A stretch of 64,000 nucleotides of DNA from an uncultured virus (IMG/VR IMGVR_UViG_2061766007_000727) (IMGVR_UViG_2061766007_000727); one strand, 5' to 3'. Shown: positions 39,071-49,130, counted from the stretch's first letter. Translations and numbers: made by a program. The notes: generated by a model from the sequence alone, not told the origin.

Positions 39071-39739
39071 ATGGCAGAGACCTACAATCTTAAAAGAGTT
39101 TCCGATTCGTCTTTCATTGTGAACAAGGACGGAAAGGATGAGTACAACCTATCCAAAGTGAACGGATATTGGACTTGCACCTGCACAGGCTACTACTATC
39201 GTGGAACGTGCAAGCATATTGATATGCTCAAGGGTAAGGTTTCCGATTCCGAGATAGGTTCGGTTGATGAGATACACACCGCAGGGGAGATTGAGAAAAT
39301 AAAGAAATCGTTGTATGAGACGGTTCAAGACTACGATTACACCTTGAGCGGTGATTACAGACGAGGTGCTGACATTGTTACCACACTGCCGATAATCGTT
39401 CTTGCGGATGTGAAGGCGTTCAAGGAGTTTACAACCAAGTTGGATGGTGAGCGTTTCAAGGCAACGTTATCCGATGACAATGTGGTTAGGGGTTACTTCG
39501 ACAGAGTGCCTGTTGTGTTTATGCGCACCGATAGGAACAATTTCGCAACCACACTGCTTGCGACCACAGGCGGCAAGGATGAGAACGCAAGGTTGAGAAA
39601 CATTGCCAAAATCAAAGGTTGGAGGTTGGTGGAGAACGGATTGTTTGATGGAAACGGTGCGCAGATACAGACTGAAACCGAGAAGGAAGTGTATGAGAAA
39701 CTTGGTGAGAGTTACAAAGAACCGAAAGATAGGAAGTAA
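39071..39739 (+). CDS. SWIM zinc finger fused to a degenerate DNA polymerase X-like domain
   Basis: CTC..CKH; GDYRRG; TGGKDEN..LR..A...GWRL.ENGLF; TEKEVYEKLG..YKEP.DR. Confidence 0.75.
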   Translation: MAETYNLKRVSDSSFIVNKDGKDEYNLSKVNGYWTCTCTGYYYRGTCKHIDMLKGKVSDSEIGSVDEIHTAGEIEKIKKSLYETVQDYDYTLSGDYRRGADIVTTLPIIVLADVKAFKEFTTKLDGERFKATLSDDNVVRGYFDRVPVVFMRTDRNNFATTLLATTGGKDENARLRNIAKIKGWRLVENGLFDGNGAQIQTETEKEVYEKLGESYKEPKDRK

Positions 39740-39786
39740 ATTATATATTAGGATAATAATGTTTAACAATTAAAATTTATAAAGTT

Positions 39787-40341
39787 ATGAAAATTAATAA
39801 ATTTGGCTCTCGTAGGATAAAAGATAACGATGAGTTTATCGGTTCGGAATTGAAAGATTATATTTGGTCTGCGAAAAAACTATCAACAAAACAGTTGGCG
39901 AATTACTTTATGGAGGCGATGACTTCAAGCGGAGTTGATGATGCTACCTATGTAAATGTATGTAAGAAGGTATTAGGTTGGTTGAAAGATTGGAATCAAA
40001 AATATAATAAGGTTTCTGATTCTCGCAGAGTTGCTGATTATCGTGGTCAGTACATAGGAGAAAGTCAGTATAAGGATAAATATATTGAGTTAGCCGATAT
40101 GTTATATCGGATGATACCAGATGGTTTGACTTACCAAGAAGCAAGTGAAATTCTTGAAGATGAAGGTCTTGTACTTGTAGAGTATGGTGGTGGTTTTGGT
40201 GGAAAATATCCAAGTTATGCCGTTTATGCTTATGAAGATGATGAGCGTTTTGGTGATTATGGTAATTCTGATGCAGGTGTATGGCTTGATTATGAATCAG
40301 ATGGAGAAATGTATGTAACTGATGCTTATAAGGTAGGTTAA
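39787..40341 (+). CDS. Two-module late protein with RRIKD and VSDSRRVAD linkers
   Basis: Late promoter, terminator, linker motifs. Confidence 0.7.
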   Translation: MKINKFGSRRIKDNDEFIGSELKDYIWSAKKLSTKQLANYFMEAMTSSGVDDATYVNVCKKVLGWLKDWNQKYNKVSDSRRVADYRGQYIGESQYKDKYIELADMLYRMIPDGLTYQEASEILEDEGLVLVEYGGGFGGKYPSYAVYAYEDDERFGDYGNSDAGVWLDYESDGEMYVTDAYKVG

Positions 40342-40497
40342 TATCAAACTATATTCCAAAGCACCACAAAACCCTAAAAAGTTTCTGTGGTGTTTTTTTT
40401 ATCAATCCGTTTTATATAACAAAATTTCTATTACTTTTGTTAAACTCAAATCCAACTTATATATTATAGTTAGATTCGATATTTAAAACATTTTAAA

Positions 40498-41322
40498 ATG
40501 AAACGTAATTTAAAATCAAAACGCATTCAAGACGCAGTAAACCGATTCTTGAATAAAGACCTTAAAAACCGTCAGTCGTTTATGCGAGTGGTGGATAGTG
40601 AGGGCAGAATAAAAGAGAACGTTGTTTTTCGAGTAGAAGATGATGGTAACATCCTTTCTGTGTTCCCCAACACATACGGAAACGCAGACCGCAGTAGGGA
40701 TACAATGGTGTGCGCTGACAGTAAAGGACATTCTGTATGCACCTACGATTATGTGGAGGAATACACAAGAGCCGCAGATGCCGCAGAGTATGAGGCACTC
40801 TACAACCAACTGACTGATTCAGTAGGTTATTCACTCACAGTGCTTGACAAACTTCCGACACGTACCGAACTTGCGAAGGTTCGTGACAACTTCATCAAAG
40901 CCTATCGTGACGAGCGCAAGCGCAGGCTTGCTGACGCTCAACAACAGATTGAGGACGCACGTATGCTTGAGCGTGGTGAGGAAATAGAGTACAAAGGCAA
41001 GCGTGGAAAGGTTCAGTACGCACTCTTTCACGGACAAGAGCCTGTTATAATTCGTTGGCAGAACGAGGATGGCAGTGAGGAGTTTGAAGTTCCTTATGGT
41101 GAGGTTGGTGACTTGAAGGTAAAGGATAGCGTTAACGAGAAACCCCAAGCCGACAATAAGGTAATGGATGACGATGAATCAGCAGAGGAAAATGTTGACG
41201 AGAACGTTGACGAGAACACCGACATTGAAGAAGGTGACGAGGTTGCTGATGGTTGCGGCAAGAAGAAAACCAAAGACAGCAAGGTGAACATTTTCAAACG
41301 TAAAACCACTAAAAAACAGTAA
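40498..41322 (+). CDS. Multi-module late protein
   Basis: RIQDA, RVVDS, KVRDN, KVKDS motifs; late promoter. Confidence 0.7.
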   Translation: MKRNLKSKRIQDAVNRFLNKDLKNRQSFMRVVDSEGRIKENVVFRVEDDGNILSVFPNTYGNADRSRDTMVCADSKGHSVCTYDYVEEYTRAADAAEYEALYNQLTDSVGYSLTVLDKLPTRTELAKVRDNFIKAYRDERKRRLADAQQQIEDARMLERGEEIEYKGKRGKVQYALFHGQEPVIIRWQNEDGSEEFEVPYGEVGDLKVKDSVNEKPQADNKVMDDDESAEENVDENVDENTDIEEGDEVADGCGKKKTKDSKVNIFKRKTTKKQ

Positions 41323-41327
41323 GAGGT

Positions 41328-43523
41328 ATGAAACGAGTAAAAGATAGTGATGAACGTTTAGTTGACGTTAAGGTGATATTCAAGAATGGTGATGAGCGTG
41401 AACTCACACTTGATTATTTTCCTAATGAAATAAATGATATTATGGGTTATATAGAATATCATTATTTAATGGAGAAAATTGATAAGGTGATAGTTAAAAC
41501 AGGTGGACAATATTGGGAAACTGTTTATAAAAACGGACATCAGATAACCGATTCACGTAAAATCAAGGATTCTAATATCGCATATAGTGTGTTAGATGAG
41601 AATGACCGTTTGTTAGATGAGTTTACAAGTAAGGAAAAAGCCATAGCCTATGCTGAAAAGAATAACAAAGCCGATGGTGTTGTTAGATTTAAGTATTCAG
41701 AAGATGGTGATGTTTTAGATGCCAAAGAGATTTGGACAAAAAATAAATCCGTTACTGATTCACGTAAAATCAAAGATGCAGACGATATAGTTTATTGGCA
41801 AAAAGGGAAGTGGTCTATTAGAAAAACTGATTATGGCTTGGCAGTATCCGATGGATGGTACACCGATTTAATTTTCATCTATGATTATAAAACTCCAAGA
41901 GTAGGTTATGAAATGAATATAGCACCAGAATTTGTTAAAAGAAAAGTTTTAGAACTTGTTAAAAAAGGTGTTTTAGTTAACAGAAGTGATTCTGTTTCCG
42001 ATTCACGTAAAAACAATAAGGATATGAAACGAGTTAAGGATGGATATTTTAACGATAATACCGAAACCGAGTGTGAGCAGATAAGGAGTGAGGTTTATAA
42101 TGTTATTAGAGATATGTCCACAAGTAATGGTAGAGCATTACCAAAAGTCAATTTTGAGGATTTGAAGAATTTTTTGGCGGACAAATTTGGTTTTGAGTAT
42201 TGGGGTTCTGTAGCGGCACAACAAGGTTATTGTTTTTATAGTAAGAGTTTGGATATGGAATTATGGGTTTACACCACACCTTATAGTTATTATCCAAATC
42301 CCACTGATATTGATGTGTTCAATGTATTCGTAAATTACGGAGAGCCTTATGCAGACGATGTGGATAATGTTTCCGATTCACGTAAAATCAAAGACGCAGA
42401 CGAAACCCAAGATGTACTTGACGGAATCCTTATGATTGCGTTCAACGATGGCAGTGAGGAGGAAGGCTACAACGAGGTTAAGAAACACGCAAACGAGCAG
42501 GGAGAGTTGGAAGGTGTTCAGTACGAGACCTACGATACCGACAACCAAGACGGAGTTACCTTGATTGACTTGTGTGCCGCAACAGACGATGCCAACGCAT
42601 TTGTGAAGGCACTTCTCACCGAGTGGGGTATCATTGATGCAGTAGCCGACATTGAGTTTGAGAAATCGGAACTGATGGAGAACGCAGAGGAAGGTGGAGA
42701 AGAAGAACAAGTTTCGGATTCACTTAAAACTGCTTTAGCCAAAGGTGCTTTAAAACTTTTGAGCAGTAAGATTGGCAAGTGGGCAGTCAAGGAAGTGGGT
42801 AAATATTTGCTTGAAAAGGGTTTTGAGAAACTTACAGGTAAGTCCGATGATGATAAAGAGGTTTATGAATCGGAAGATGGTGATGAAATTGAAGTATCAT
42901 ACAAAGACGGTAAACTTGATAAGGTTTCCGATTCAAAGGTAGAAGATATGACCAAGCCTGCGCACTTACGTGGTTACGCAGAGAAGTACCGCAAGAAAAG
43001 ACGTGAGCAGAAGGAATCGTACAAGGAGAATGAAGAAGAAACTCAAGACAAGGAAGTTTCGGATTCACGTAGAGTAAGGGATGGTTTTGTAACCAAGTAC
43101 AATGTTGCTTACAACGAAGACCCCTACAAACTTGCAAGACGCATAGCGCAGAAAGGTACTGTTTCTGTAAATTCAAGACACCAACGCTCACACGAAGAAA
43201 ATGTAAACGAAGATACAATTTTCCACGTTTACAACGATGGTGATTACAAATACAACGACTTTATGTCGAAGTATGGTGTTAACGATTCACGCAGAATCAA
43301 GGATTATGTTGTAGGCACAAAACATCCGCAAGAATATTTTGCAGAATTGCGTTGGATGTTGGAAAGTTTGAAAAAACGTGGTTATATTGACGCTTACCTT
43401 GACGATGACATCATTAAGGGTTTTGCTGAATATTATGATTATCCTTCACTTCGTGAGTTTAATGAATGGGGTGATGAGGAAGTTGCCGCAGGATTTGATG
43501 AGTATTTAGAATCTCTTGAATAA
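41328..43523 (+). CDS. Polyprotein-like array of small domains joined by DSRKIKD-type linkers
   Basis: Eight in-frame [VI][STN]DS linkers separating unrelated segments. Confidence 0.8.
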   Translation: MKRVKDSDERLVDVKVIFKNGDERELTLDYFPNEINDIMGYIEYHYLMEKIDKVIVKTGGQYWETVYKNGHQITDSRKIKDSNIAYSVLDENDRLLDEFTSKEKAIAYAEKNNKADGVVRFKYSEDGDVLDAKEIWTKNKSVTDSRKIKDADDIVYWQKGKWSIRKTDYGLAVSDGWYTDLIFIYDYKTPRVGYEMNIAPEFVKRKVLELVKKGVLVNRSDSVSDSRKNNKDMKRVKDGYFNDNTETECEQIRSEVYNVIRDMSTSNGRALPKVNFEDLKNFLADKFGFEYWGSVAAQQGYCFYSKSLDMELWVYTTPYSYYPNPTDIDVFNVFVNYGEPYADDVDNVSDSRKIKDADETQDVLDGILMIAFNDGSEEEGYNEVKKHANEQGELEGVQYETYDTDNQDGVTLIDLCAATDDANAFVKALLTEWGIIDAVADIEFEKSELMENAEEGGEEEQVSDSLKTALAKGALKLLSSKIGKWAVKEVGKYLLEKGFEKLTGKSDDDKEVYESEDGDEIEVSYKDGKLDKVSDSKVEDMTKPAHLRGYAEKYRKKRREQKESYKENEEETQDKEVSDSRRVRDGFVTKYNVAYNEDPYKLARRIAQKGTVSVNSRHQRSHEENVNEDTIFHVYNDGDYKYNDFMSKYGVNDSRRIKDYVVGTKHPQEYFAELRWMLESLKKRGYIDAYLDDDIIKGFAEYYDYPSLREFNEWGDEEVAAGFDEYLESLE
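41550..43304 (+). repeat. Dispersed in-frame direct repeat GATTCACGTAAAATCAA[AG]GA
   Basis: Full or near-full copies at 41550, 41757, 42000, 42375; degenerate copies at 42717, 42930, 43062, 43284. Confidence 0.85.
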
Positions 43524-43648
43524 GACTTGAAAGAAAAGCCATTTTTTAAATTAAAGTTAGTTAAGGGCAGAACCCCAATCCGTAACAAGGTTGGGGTTTT
43601 GTTTTTCTATAACAACTTATATATTATAAGTAAAGAGTTGAAACATAT

Positions 43649-45397
43649 ATGGCATCACAGGAATCAATACTTGATATTCTTACCGAAGCGTTTTCCACAG
43701 ACAAACTTGTATCCTTCAAGGAGTTTGTGACATCGCCTTCCTTCTGCAACAACCAAGATTTGTACGATTATTGGATTAAGAAGGGTACTGACATACCGCT
43801 CAAGACTTCTGAAATCATTCTTGATGGTTCAATCGGTGGTGGTAAGACAACATTCTCAAACTACTATTTCGCCTATCGTGTCTATCGTCTGTTCGCACAA
43901 GGCTCACCGCAGGTGCAACTTCATCTTGCGCTAAACACGGAGATATACTGCTTGTATTTCTCTGTCAGCCTTGATATGGCGAAGAAGTCGGGTTTCCTAC
44001 AACTATACAACATATTCAACGAGTGTGTGTGGTTCAACGAGAACTACCCTATTGACAAGGGTTTGAAGTCATCCATATCTTTCCCTAATAAGTTCCATAT
44101 AGACTACGCAAGTTCGGAATCGCACCAAATCGGTCTTTCAGTTTGGGGTTTCATTCTTGATGAGGCGAACTTTCGTAGCGGTGGTGTGGGTGCAGGTATG
44201 GCAGAAGAATACCAAGAAGTAACCCTACTCTACAATCAACTTATGGATAGGTTGGTTTCACGTTTCAGTAACCCAGATGGTTCAGTCAACGCATTGGCTA
44301 TTCTTATTTCATCAGCAAGTTACCAATCGTCTTTTGTTGAGAAACGTAAGCAAGCGGTAAAAGATGACAAGTGGACTACTTGTATCACTTCCGTTTCATA
44401 CGAGGTCAAGCCAGAGCGTTATGCCACAGAGAAGTTTGAGGTGTTTATCGGTAGTGGTTCAGCCGAGCCTTGTATCATCGAATCGGATGAGCAGAGGACA
44501 AGGCTTTTCCAAGCCATAGGTGTTCTTGGCACAGGTGAGGAGGATAAGTTCATACGTTTTGTTCCAATCAATCTTCTAAAGAACTTCAAGTCCAACATCG
44601 CACTCGCACTTCAAAACCATTGTGGTGTGCCTACTATGGTGCAAGGTTCTTTTATGTCCAATCTTAAATATCTGTATGAATCATATACGGAGGACATACC
44701 TAATATCTTCACCACATCCGATATAGAAGCATCAACTGATAATGATACGCAGATTATAGAGTACCTTATACCTAACAATATTCAGTTCCCAGAGCGACCG
44801 CACTCCATATACCTTGACTTGTCAACGCAAGGTGATAGGGGTTGTATAACGTGTTTCCGTTACGATGGTAGGGTTAACAACCTTGACCAACACACAAGGG
44901 TGTTCTGTATCAAAATCATACCACCGCACTATCCTGCGTCAACAAAAATCAGCAAGGTTCAGCAGTTCATTATGGACATATCGCAGTATGTCAACCTTGT
45001 CGCTTTCGCATCCGACCAATTTCAATCCGAATCGTTGCGGCAGGAGATTCTTTCCGACTTGGGACTTGACAACATACGCATATCGCTTGATAGCACCGAC
45101 AGACCATTCTTGCATTGGCAGCGTGGTCTTGTGGAGGGCAGACTGAAACAGACTGCTGATTCGTTACTTGAGCAAGAGGTGCAGGAAGCCGTTCACGATT
45201 ACAAACGGCACAGAGTGGTTAAGAACAAGAACTCGTCCGATGACGTTCTGCAATCCAACGTAGGTGCATTCTTCTTGTCTGACACTTTTGGTAAGAGTGG
45301 TGGTACGATTGAGGACTTGTATGGTAGTGAGAATAAAATCAATATCATTGGTGGTAAATCGGTTGACAGAATACTGCGAGAATTGGGTTATGAGTAA
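43649..45397 (+). CDS. terL: Terminase large subunit
   Basis: Walker A GSIGGGKT, Walker B FILDEA, nuclease YLDLS, DQFQS, SDD. Confidence 0.9.
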   Translation: MASQESILDILTEAFSTDKLVSFKEFVTSPSFCNNQDLYDYWIKKGTDIPLKTSEIILDGSIGGGKTTFSNYYFAYRVYRLFAQGSPQVQLHLALNTEIYCLYFSVSLDMAKKSGFLQLYNIFNECVWFNENYPIDKGLKSSISFPNKFHIDYASSESHQIGLSVWGFILDEANFRSGGVGAGMAEEYQEVTLLYNQLMDRLVSRFSNPDGSVNALAILISSASYQSSFVEKRKQAVKDDKWTTCITSVSYEVKPERYATEKFEVFIGSGSAEPCIIESDEQRTRLFQAIGVLGTGEEDKFIRFVPINLLKNFKSNIALALQNHCGVPTMVQGSFMSNLKYLYESYTEDIPNIFTTSDIEASTDNDTQIIEYLIPNNIQFPERPHSIYLDLSTQGDRGCITCFRYDGRVNNLDQHTRVFCIKIIPPHYPASTKISKVQQFIMDISQYVNLVAFASDQFQSESLRQEILSDLGLDNIRISLDSTDRPFLHWQRGLVEGRLKQTADSLLEQEVQEAVHDYKRHRVVKNKNSSDDVLQSNVGAFFLSDTFGKSGGTIEDLYGSENKINIIGGKSVDRILRELGYE

Positions 45398-45458
45398 CTA
45401 ATTATATATTATATAAGAGAGTTGTTAAAAAGAGTTATTAACTTTAAAATTTAGAACA

Positions 45459-45920
45459 ATGAAAAAGTATTCAAATAGTGACATCAAGTCGCTGAAACGC
45501 AACGAGATTATTGACTTGCTTAAAAAGGAAAATGTTGAGTTCGATGAGACAATGCCGTTTTTCTCACTTCGCAAACTTCTGCTTGACATAGAGGTTGAAG
45601 AAGAAAAGTCGGAGACCGAGCAACCCAACTTGTTTAACAACTCGTTCCCTAAAGAGGAGAATGAGGAATCAATCAAGATTGAGGAACAACCGAAAGAAGA
45701 ACCGAAGGTTGTTGTTGAGAACAAGCAACCCAAGCAGAACAGTGCTGCGGCTCGTAAGTCTTTCAACGCTGAACTTGCGAAACGTATGGCTACCTTCGGC
45801 AAGGTACACAGAAATAGTCCGTTTGAACTTGAACTTGCAAGACGCAAGGGCAAACCGCAGGGTTCTGCATCTTTCGCAGATGAGTTAAAGGCTCGTCAAA
45901 TCAAAGCAAGACGTTTCTAA
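45459..45920 (+). CDS. Hypothetical late protein with three F-x-x-EL-x-x-R repeats
   Basis: SFNAELAKR, PFELELARR, SFADELKAR. Confidence 0.7.
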   Translation: MKKYSNSDIKSLKRNEIIDLLKKENVEFDETMPFFSLRKLLLDIEVEEEKSETEQPNLFNNSFPKEENEESIKIEEQPKEEPKVVVENKQPKQNSAAARKSFNAELAKRMATFGKVHRNSPFELELARRKGKPQGSASFADELKARQIKARRF

Positions 45921-45933
45921 TCCGATATAGACG

Positions 45934-47517
45934 ATGTTAAACGTAGAAGGTTTCTTTACGGCTATAAGGAACGCAATGGGATTACCGCTTGGTGTGTCCT
46001 ACCGCAAGAGTTATGGTCTGTCAACGGACAAGAATCCGACACAGACTATGATTTTCGACAATCCTTACGCTGATGTTATTTGTGACATTACGGCAGATGA
46101 TGTTTGTAGGGGTGAAGAACCTGTGTCTTACGCTTACGAGTTGCCAGAGGGTATGGAGGAACTGCCAGACGATGTATTCTCCGTGCTTGAATCGTTCAAG
46201 AAGGAACTGAACTCAATCGTCAAATGGGTTAGCAAAGACTTACAAGCGGTGGGTGTTTCGGTTTACAACATCACGCTTGAGAAGGAAGGTGATGAGGATG
46301 AGGATGGTAAGAAGAAGAAAAACCCAGAGATTCACATTATGCCTAATGTTGATAATCTGTTGTTCTATCTCACCAAAGACAAGCGAGTGGTTGCTTATGA
46401 CCCTGCCGATAATGTGGGTAAGAAGAAGAACCTTGAGGATGTGATTATTTTCATCAACTACGATAAGAACGCACTTACGAAGGTGGATGAGAATAACAAG
46501 GATTTGGATAAGAGCATAATGTTTGAAATCAAGCCTACCCCTATGCAGTTCAAGAACGCACAAGGTACGCTTGACACCATCAACCTTGTTGAGAACGCAC
46601 TCAAACGATACAGAGCGCAACTTTCACGTATCGTAAGGTACGCTACGGTTGATGTTGGTCTATCCAATGGTGACACGCAGAAAGATGTGGTTGAAGCCAT
46701 ATCGTCAGCGATAAACGCAGATTCAATCAACTTGACCAGCACCACCAACGAAGAGTACAACGATAATATTCCTGTCATTCCGACACGTAATGGTAAGGGT
46801 GAGCCGCAAATGCACCTTGACGTTCCGAGTGGTGACATCAAGGAACTTGCGGACTTGAAATACTACCTTGACAAGTTGAATCTTATAACTCGTTTCCCTG
46901 CGACCTATATGGATTTCTCGCAGGCTATGGGTTCGACTGCCGCAAGTATGATACGTTCCGACTTACGTTATGCGAAACTTTGTGCATCAATCCGTACCTT
47001 GATTGAGAAAACCATAAACGAGTTCATAGAGCAGACTGAATCGCTCTCAAAATACAATGTGGTGTTCAGTCTTGTTCAGTTGCCGACATCCGAAGATGAC
47101 GATGTACTGCAAGCGATGTCCAACTATTCGGAACTTGCAGGTAACATCTACGAGTTCGTTATGGGTGACAATGAGGAAGAATCCCTTGATATGAAGATTC
47201 AACGCTTGAATATGGTGCAAGGCTTGTATAACGCATCAGTCAAATCACCTGTTCTGCAAAAATGGTTCGATGACTTCAACGAGTTTATTGAGGAGTTGAA
47301 GGAGAGCAAGCAACAAGGCACTGAAATGGGTGCGGAAGGCGAAGGCGGACTTGGCGGTGGATTCGGTGATGAAGGCGGAGGTGGAGATTTAGGCGGAGAC
47401 TTGGGTGGTGGCGGACTGCCAGACTTGGGTGAGCCGGACTTCACAAGTGAGGATTTAGGTGGTGGTGATGAAGGTGGTGGTGACATAGAAACGTTTGAGC
47501 CACAGACAGAAGGATAG
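45934..47517 (+). CDS. Portal protein (probable)
   Basis: Size, position after terL, DLKYYLDKL..TRFP.TYM and D.RYAK pattern resembling T4 gp20-type portals, acidic Gly tail. Confidence 0.7.
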   Translation: MLNVEGFFTAIRNAMGLPLGVSYRKSYGLSTDKNPTQTMIFDNPYADVICDITADDVCRGEEPVSYAYELPEGMEELPDDVFSVLESFKKELNSIVKWVSKDLQAVGVSVYNITLEKEGDEDEDGKKKKNPEIHIMPNVDNLLFYLTKDKRVVAYDPADNVGKKKNLEDVIIFINYDKNALTKVDENNKDLDKSIMFEIKPTPMQFKNAQGTLDTINLVENALKRYRAQLSRIVRYATVDVGLSNGDTQKDVVEAISSAINADSINLTSTTNEEYNDNIPVIPTRNGKGEPQMHLDVPSGDIKELADLKYYLDKLNLITRFPATYMDFSQAMGSTAASMIRSDLRYAKLCASIRTLIEKTINEFIEQTESLSKYNVVFSLVQLPTSEDDDVLQAMSNYSELAGNIYEFVMGDNEEESLDMKIQRLNMVQGLYNASVKSPVLQKWFDDFNEFIEELKESKQQGTEMGAEGEGGLGGGFGDEGGGGDLGGDLGGGGLPDLGEPDFTSEDLGGGDEGGGDIETFEPQTEG

Positions 47518-47627
47518 AATATTAGGTGAAAGGTACTTTGTACCTTAAAGGAAGGGACTGATGGTTTCAACTCTTTTTCATCAGTTCCCTTCCTTTTAAA
47601 AATAAACAATTTAAACAACAACAGAAT

Positions 47628-48257
47628 ATGGGAAGTTTCAGTATGGGTTTGGCGCAGTTCATAGCGCAGGAGAACCAAAAAGAAGAAAACAAGGAACAGG
47701 ACAAGAAGGTTTACGATAGCCTTTCCAACGATGATTTTGAATCACGTATGCAGAAGTACATTGATTCAAAGATTGACAAGGTGGTTAAGAAACAACCGAT
47801 AGTGGTTGAGAAGAAGGATGGGCATACCATAACCATACCGACACCAAAGATGATTATACCCAACATCGGTGAGTTGAAGAATTATTTTGATTCGCTCACA
47901 ATGGTTGAGAAGTCATCGTATTTGAAATTTTATCAAAAAATCAAAGATTACTTGTTGGATGAGCAGAAGGTTGAGTTCGACAAGATAGTGGATGGTTACG
48001 ATGAGTATGCTGATACTATGGTTGCGAACAACACAGATGAGACAACCGAGAGTATGGAATCAGCACTCAAAGAGAAGGGGTACAACGTCAAGGTTTCAAG
48101 GCACAAGATTAAATATGTGACACCTTGTATTAGAGTTGATTTCGACTTCAACTTGAAACGAGAGTTCAATTCAGAGCCTGTCAAGGAAGTGATGGGTGAG
48201 TTTGGTTACAAGTTCCAATCAAGAAGAAGGAATAGTATGTACTTTGTGGAAGGTTAA
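47628..48257 (+). CDS. Hypothetical head-module protein
   Basis: ORF after the portal; KVYDS and KIKD motifs. Confidence 0.65.
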   Translation: MGSFSMGLAQFIAQENQKEENKEQDKKVYDSLSNDDFESRMQKYIDSKIDKVVKKQPIVVEKKDGHTITIPTPKMIIPNIGELKNYFDSLTMVEKSSYLKFYQKIKDYLLDEQKVEFDKIVDGYDEYADTMVANNTDETTESMESALKEKGYNVKVSRHKIKYVTPCIRVDFDFNLKREFNSEPVKEVMGEFGYKFQSRRRNSMYFVEG

Positions 48258-48316
48258 GGGTTTTGAAATTGAAATATATATTATAGTAGTTTGTTTAATA
48301 TTAAACTTTAAGTACA

Positions 48317-49063
48317 ATGGATTTAAAAAAGTTGATGGAAGTTGGTATGGTTGCCAACAAGCGTGTGACGGATTCAGAAATCCGCAAACAACGCATTCTT
48401 GATGCCAAAGCAAAAATGGCAGAGAAACGTGGTGAGGAAGCCACAGGTGAGAAACTTAACCGCATTGGTGATTCGGCTCGTCCGACACGTACCCCAATGC
48501 GAGGTGTAGCACAGAGACGTGCAGTTGCTACACAGGCACGTATGCAAGATAGCCGTGCCAAATCGTATTTCGCACTTCGCAAACGCATCAAAGACGAACT
48601 TGAGGAAACCGAATCGACAGAAGATGCAATCGAGGCAGCAGTAAACGTAATGCAAGAGGAAGCAGTTGAGAATCCTGCTGATGTTATTGCCGCAGTTGTA
48701 GAAGTGTTGGGTGATGTAATGGACACATTACCAGAGGGTGATGGCGAAGCCGCAGAAGAAGGCGGTGCTGATGACTACGCTGACGAATATGAAGACGAGG
48801 TATCGGATTCACTCCGCAAACGTCAAGTTATCCGCAGAAACACAGTAGCAGATGCTCGCAAGCGTGTAGCACTCCGCAAACGTTCAGCAGTTGCTGATTC
48901 TCGCAAACGTGCAGAATTGCGCAAACGAGTATTGGATGCTCTTGCTCGCAAACGTGCCGCACAGAAACGTATCCGTGATGCACGTGAACGCAGAGCAGGT
49001 GTAACTCGCAGAGCAGTCGCTGACAACCAAGTTGCAGGCAAACGCCTTGTAAGACGTGGTTAA
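48317..49063 (+). CDS. Arg-rich/acidic scaffold- or core-like protein with MDLKKLM leader
   Basis: About 11 hydrophobic-x-D motifs; late promoter; strong terminator. Confidence 0.65.
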   Translation: MDLKKLMEVGMVANKRVTDSEIRKQRILDAKAKMAEKRGEEATGEKLNRIGDSARPTRTPMRGVAQRRAVATQARMQDSRAKSYFALRKRIKDELEETESTEDAIEAAVNVMQEEAVENPADVIAAVVEVLGDVMDTLPEGDGEAAEEGGADDYADEYEDEVSDSLRKRQVIRRNTVADARKRVALRKRSAVADSRKRAELRKRVLDALARKRAAQKRIRDARERRAGVTRRAVADNQVAGKRLVRRG

Positions 49064-49086
49064 TACGTTGGGAAAACGTTGAAGAA

Positions 49087-49122
49087 AGGGAGTTGGTTCG
49101 GTTTGAATCAACTCTTTTTTTT
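49087..49122 (+). terminator. Intrinsic terminator
   Basis: AGGGAGTTGGTTC/GAATCAACTCTTT plus T-run. Confidence 0.75.
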
Positions 49123-49130
49123 GTACTTAT

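Noticed and set aside
41550..43304. CRISPR array interpretation of the GATTCACGTAAAATCAA repeats
   Set aside because: Spacings are 132-375 nt, all multiples of 3 and inside one ORF; no cas genes are visible.
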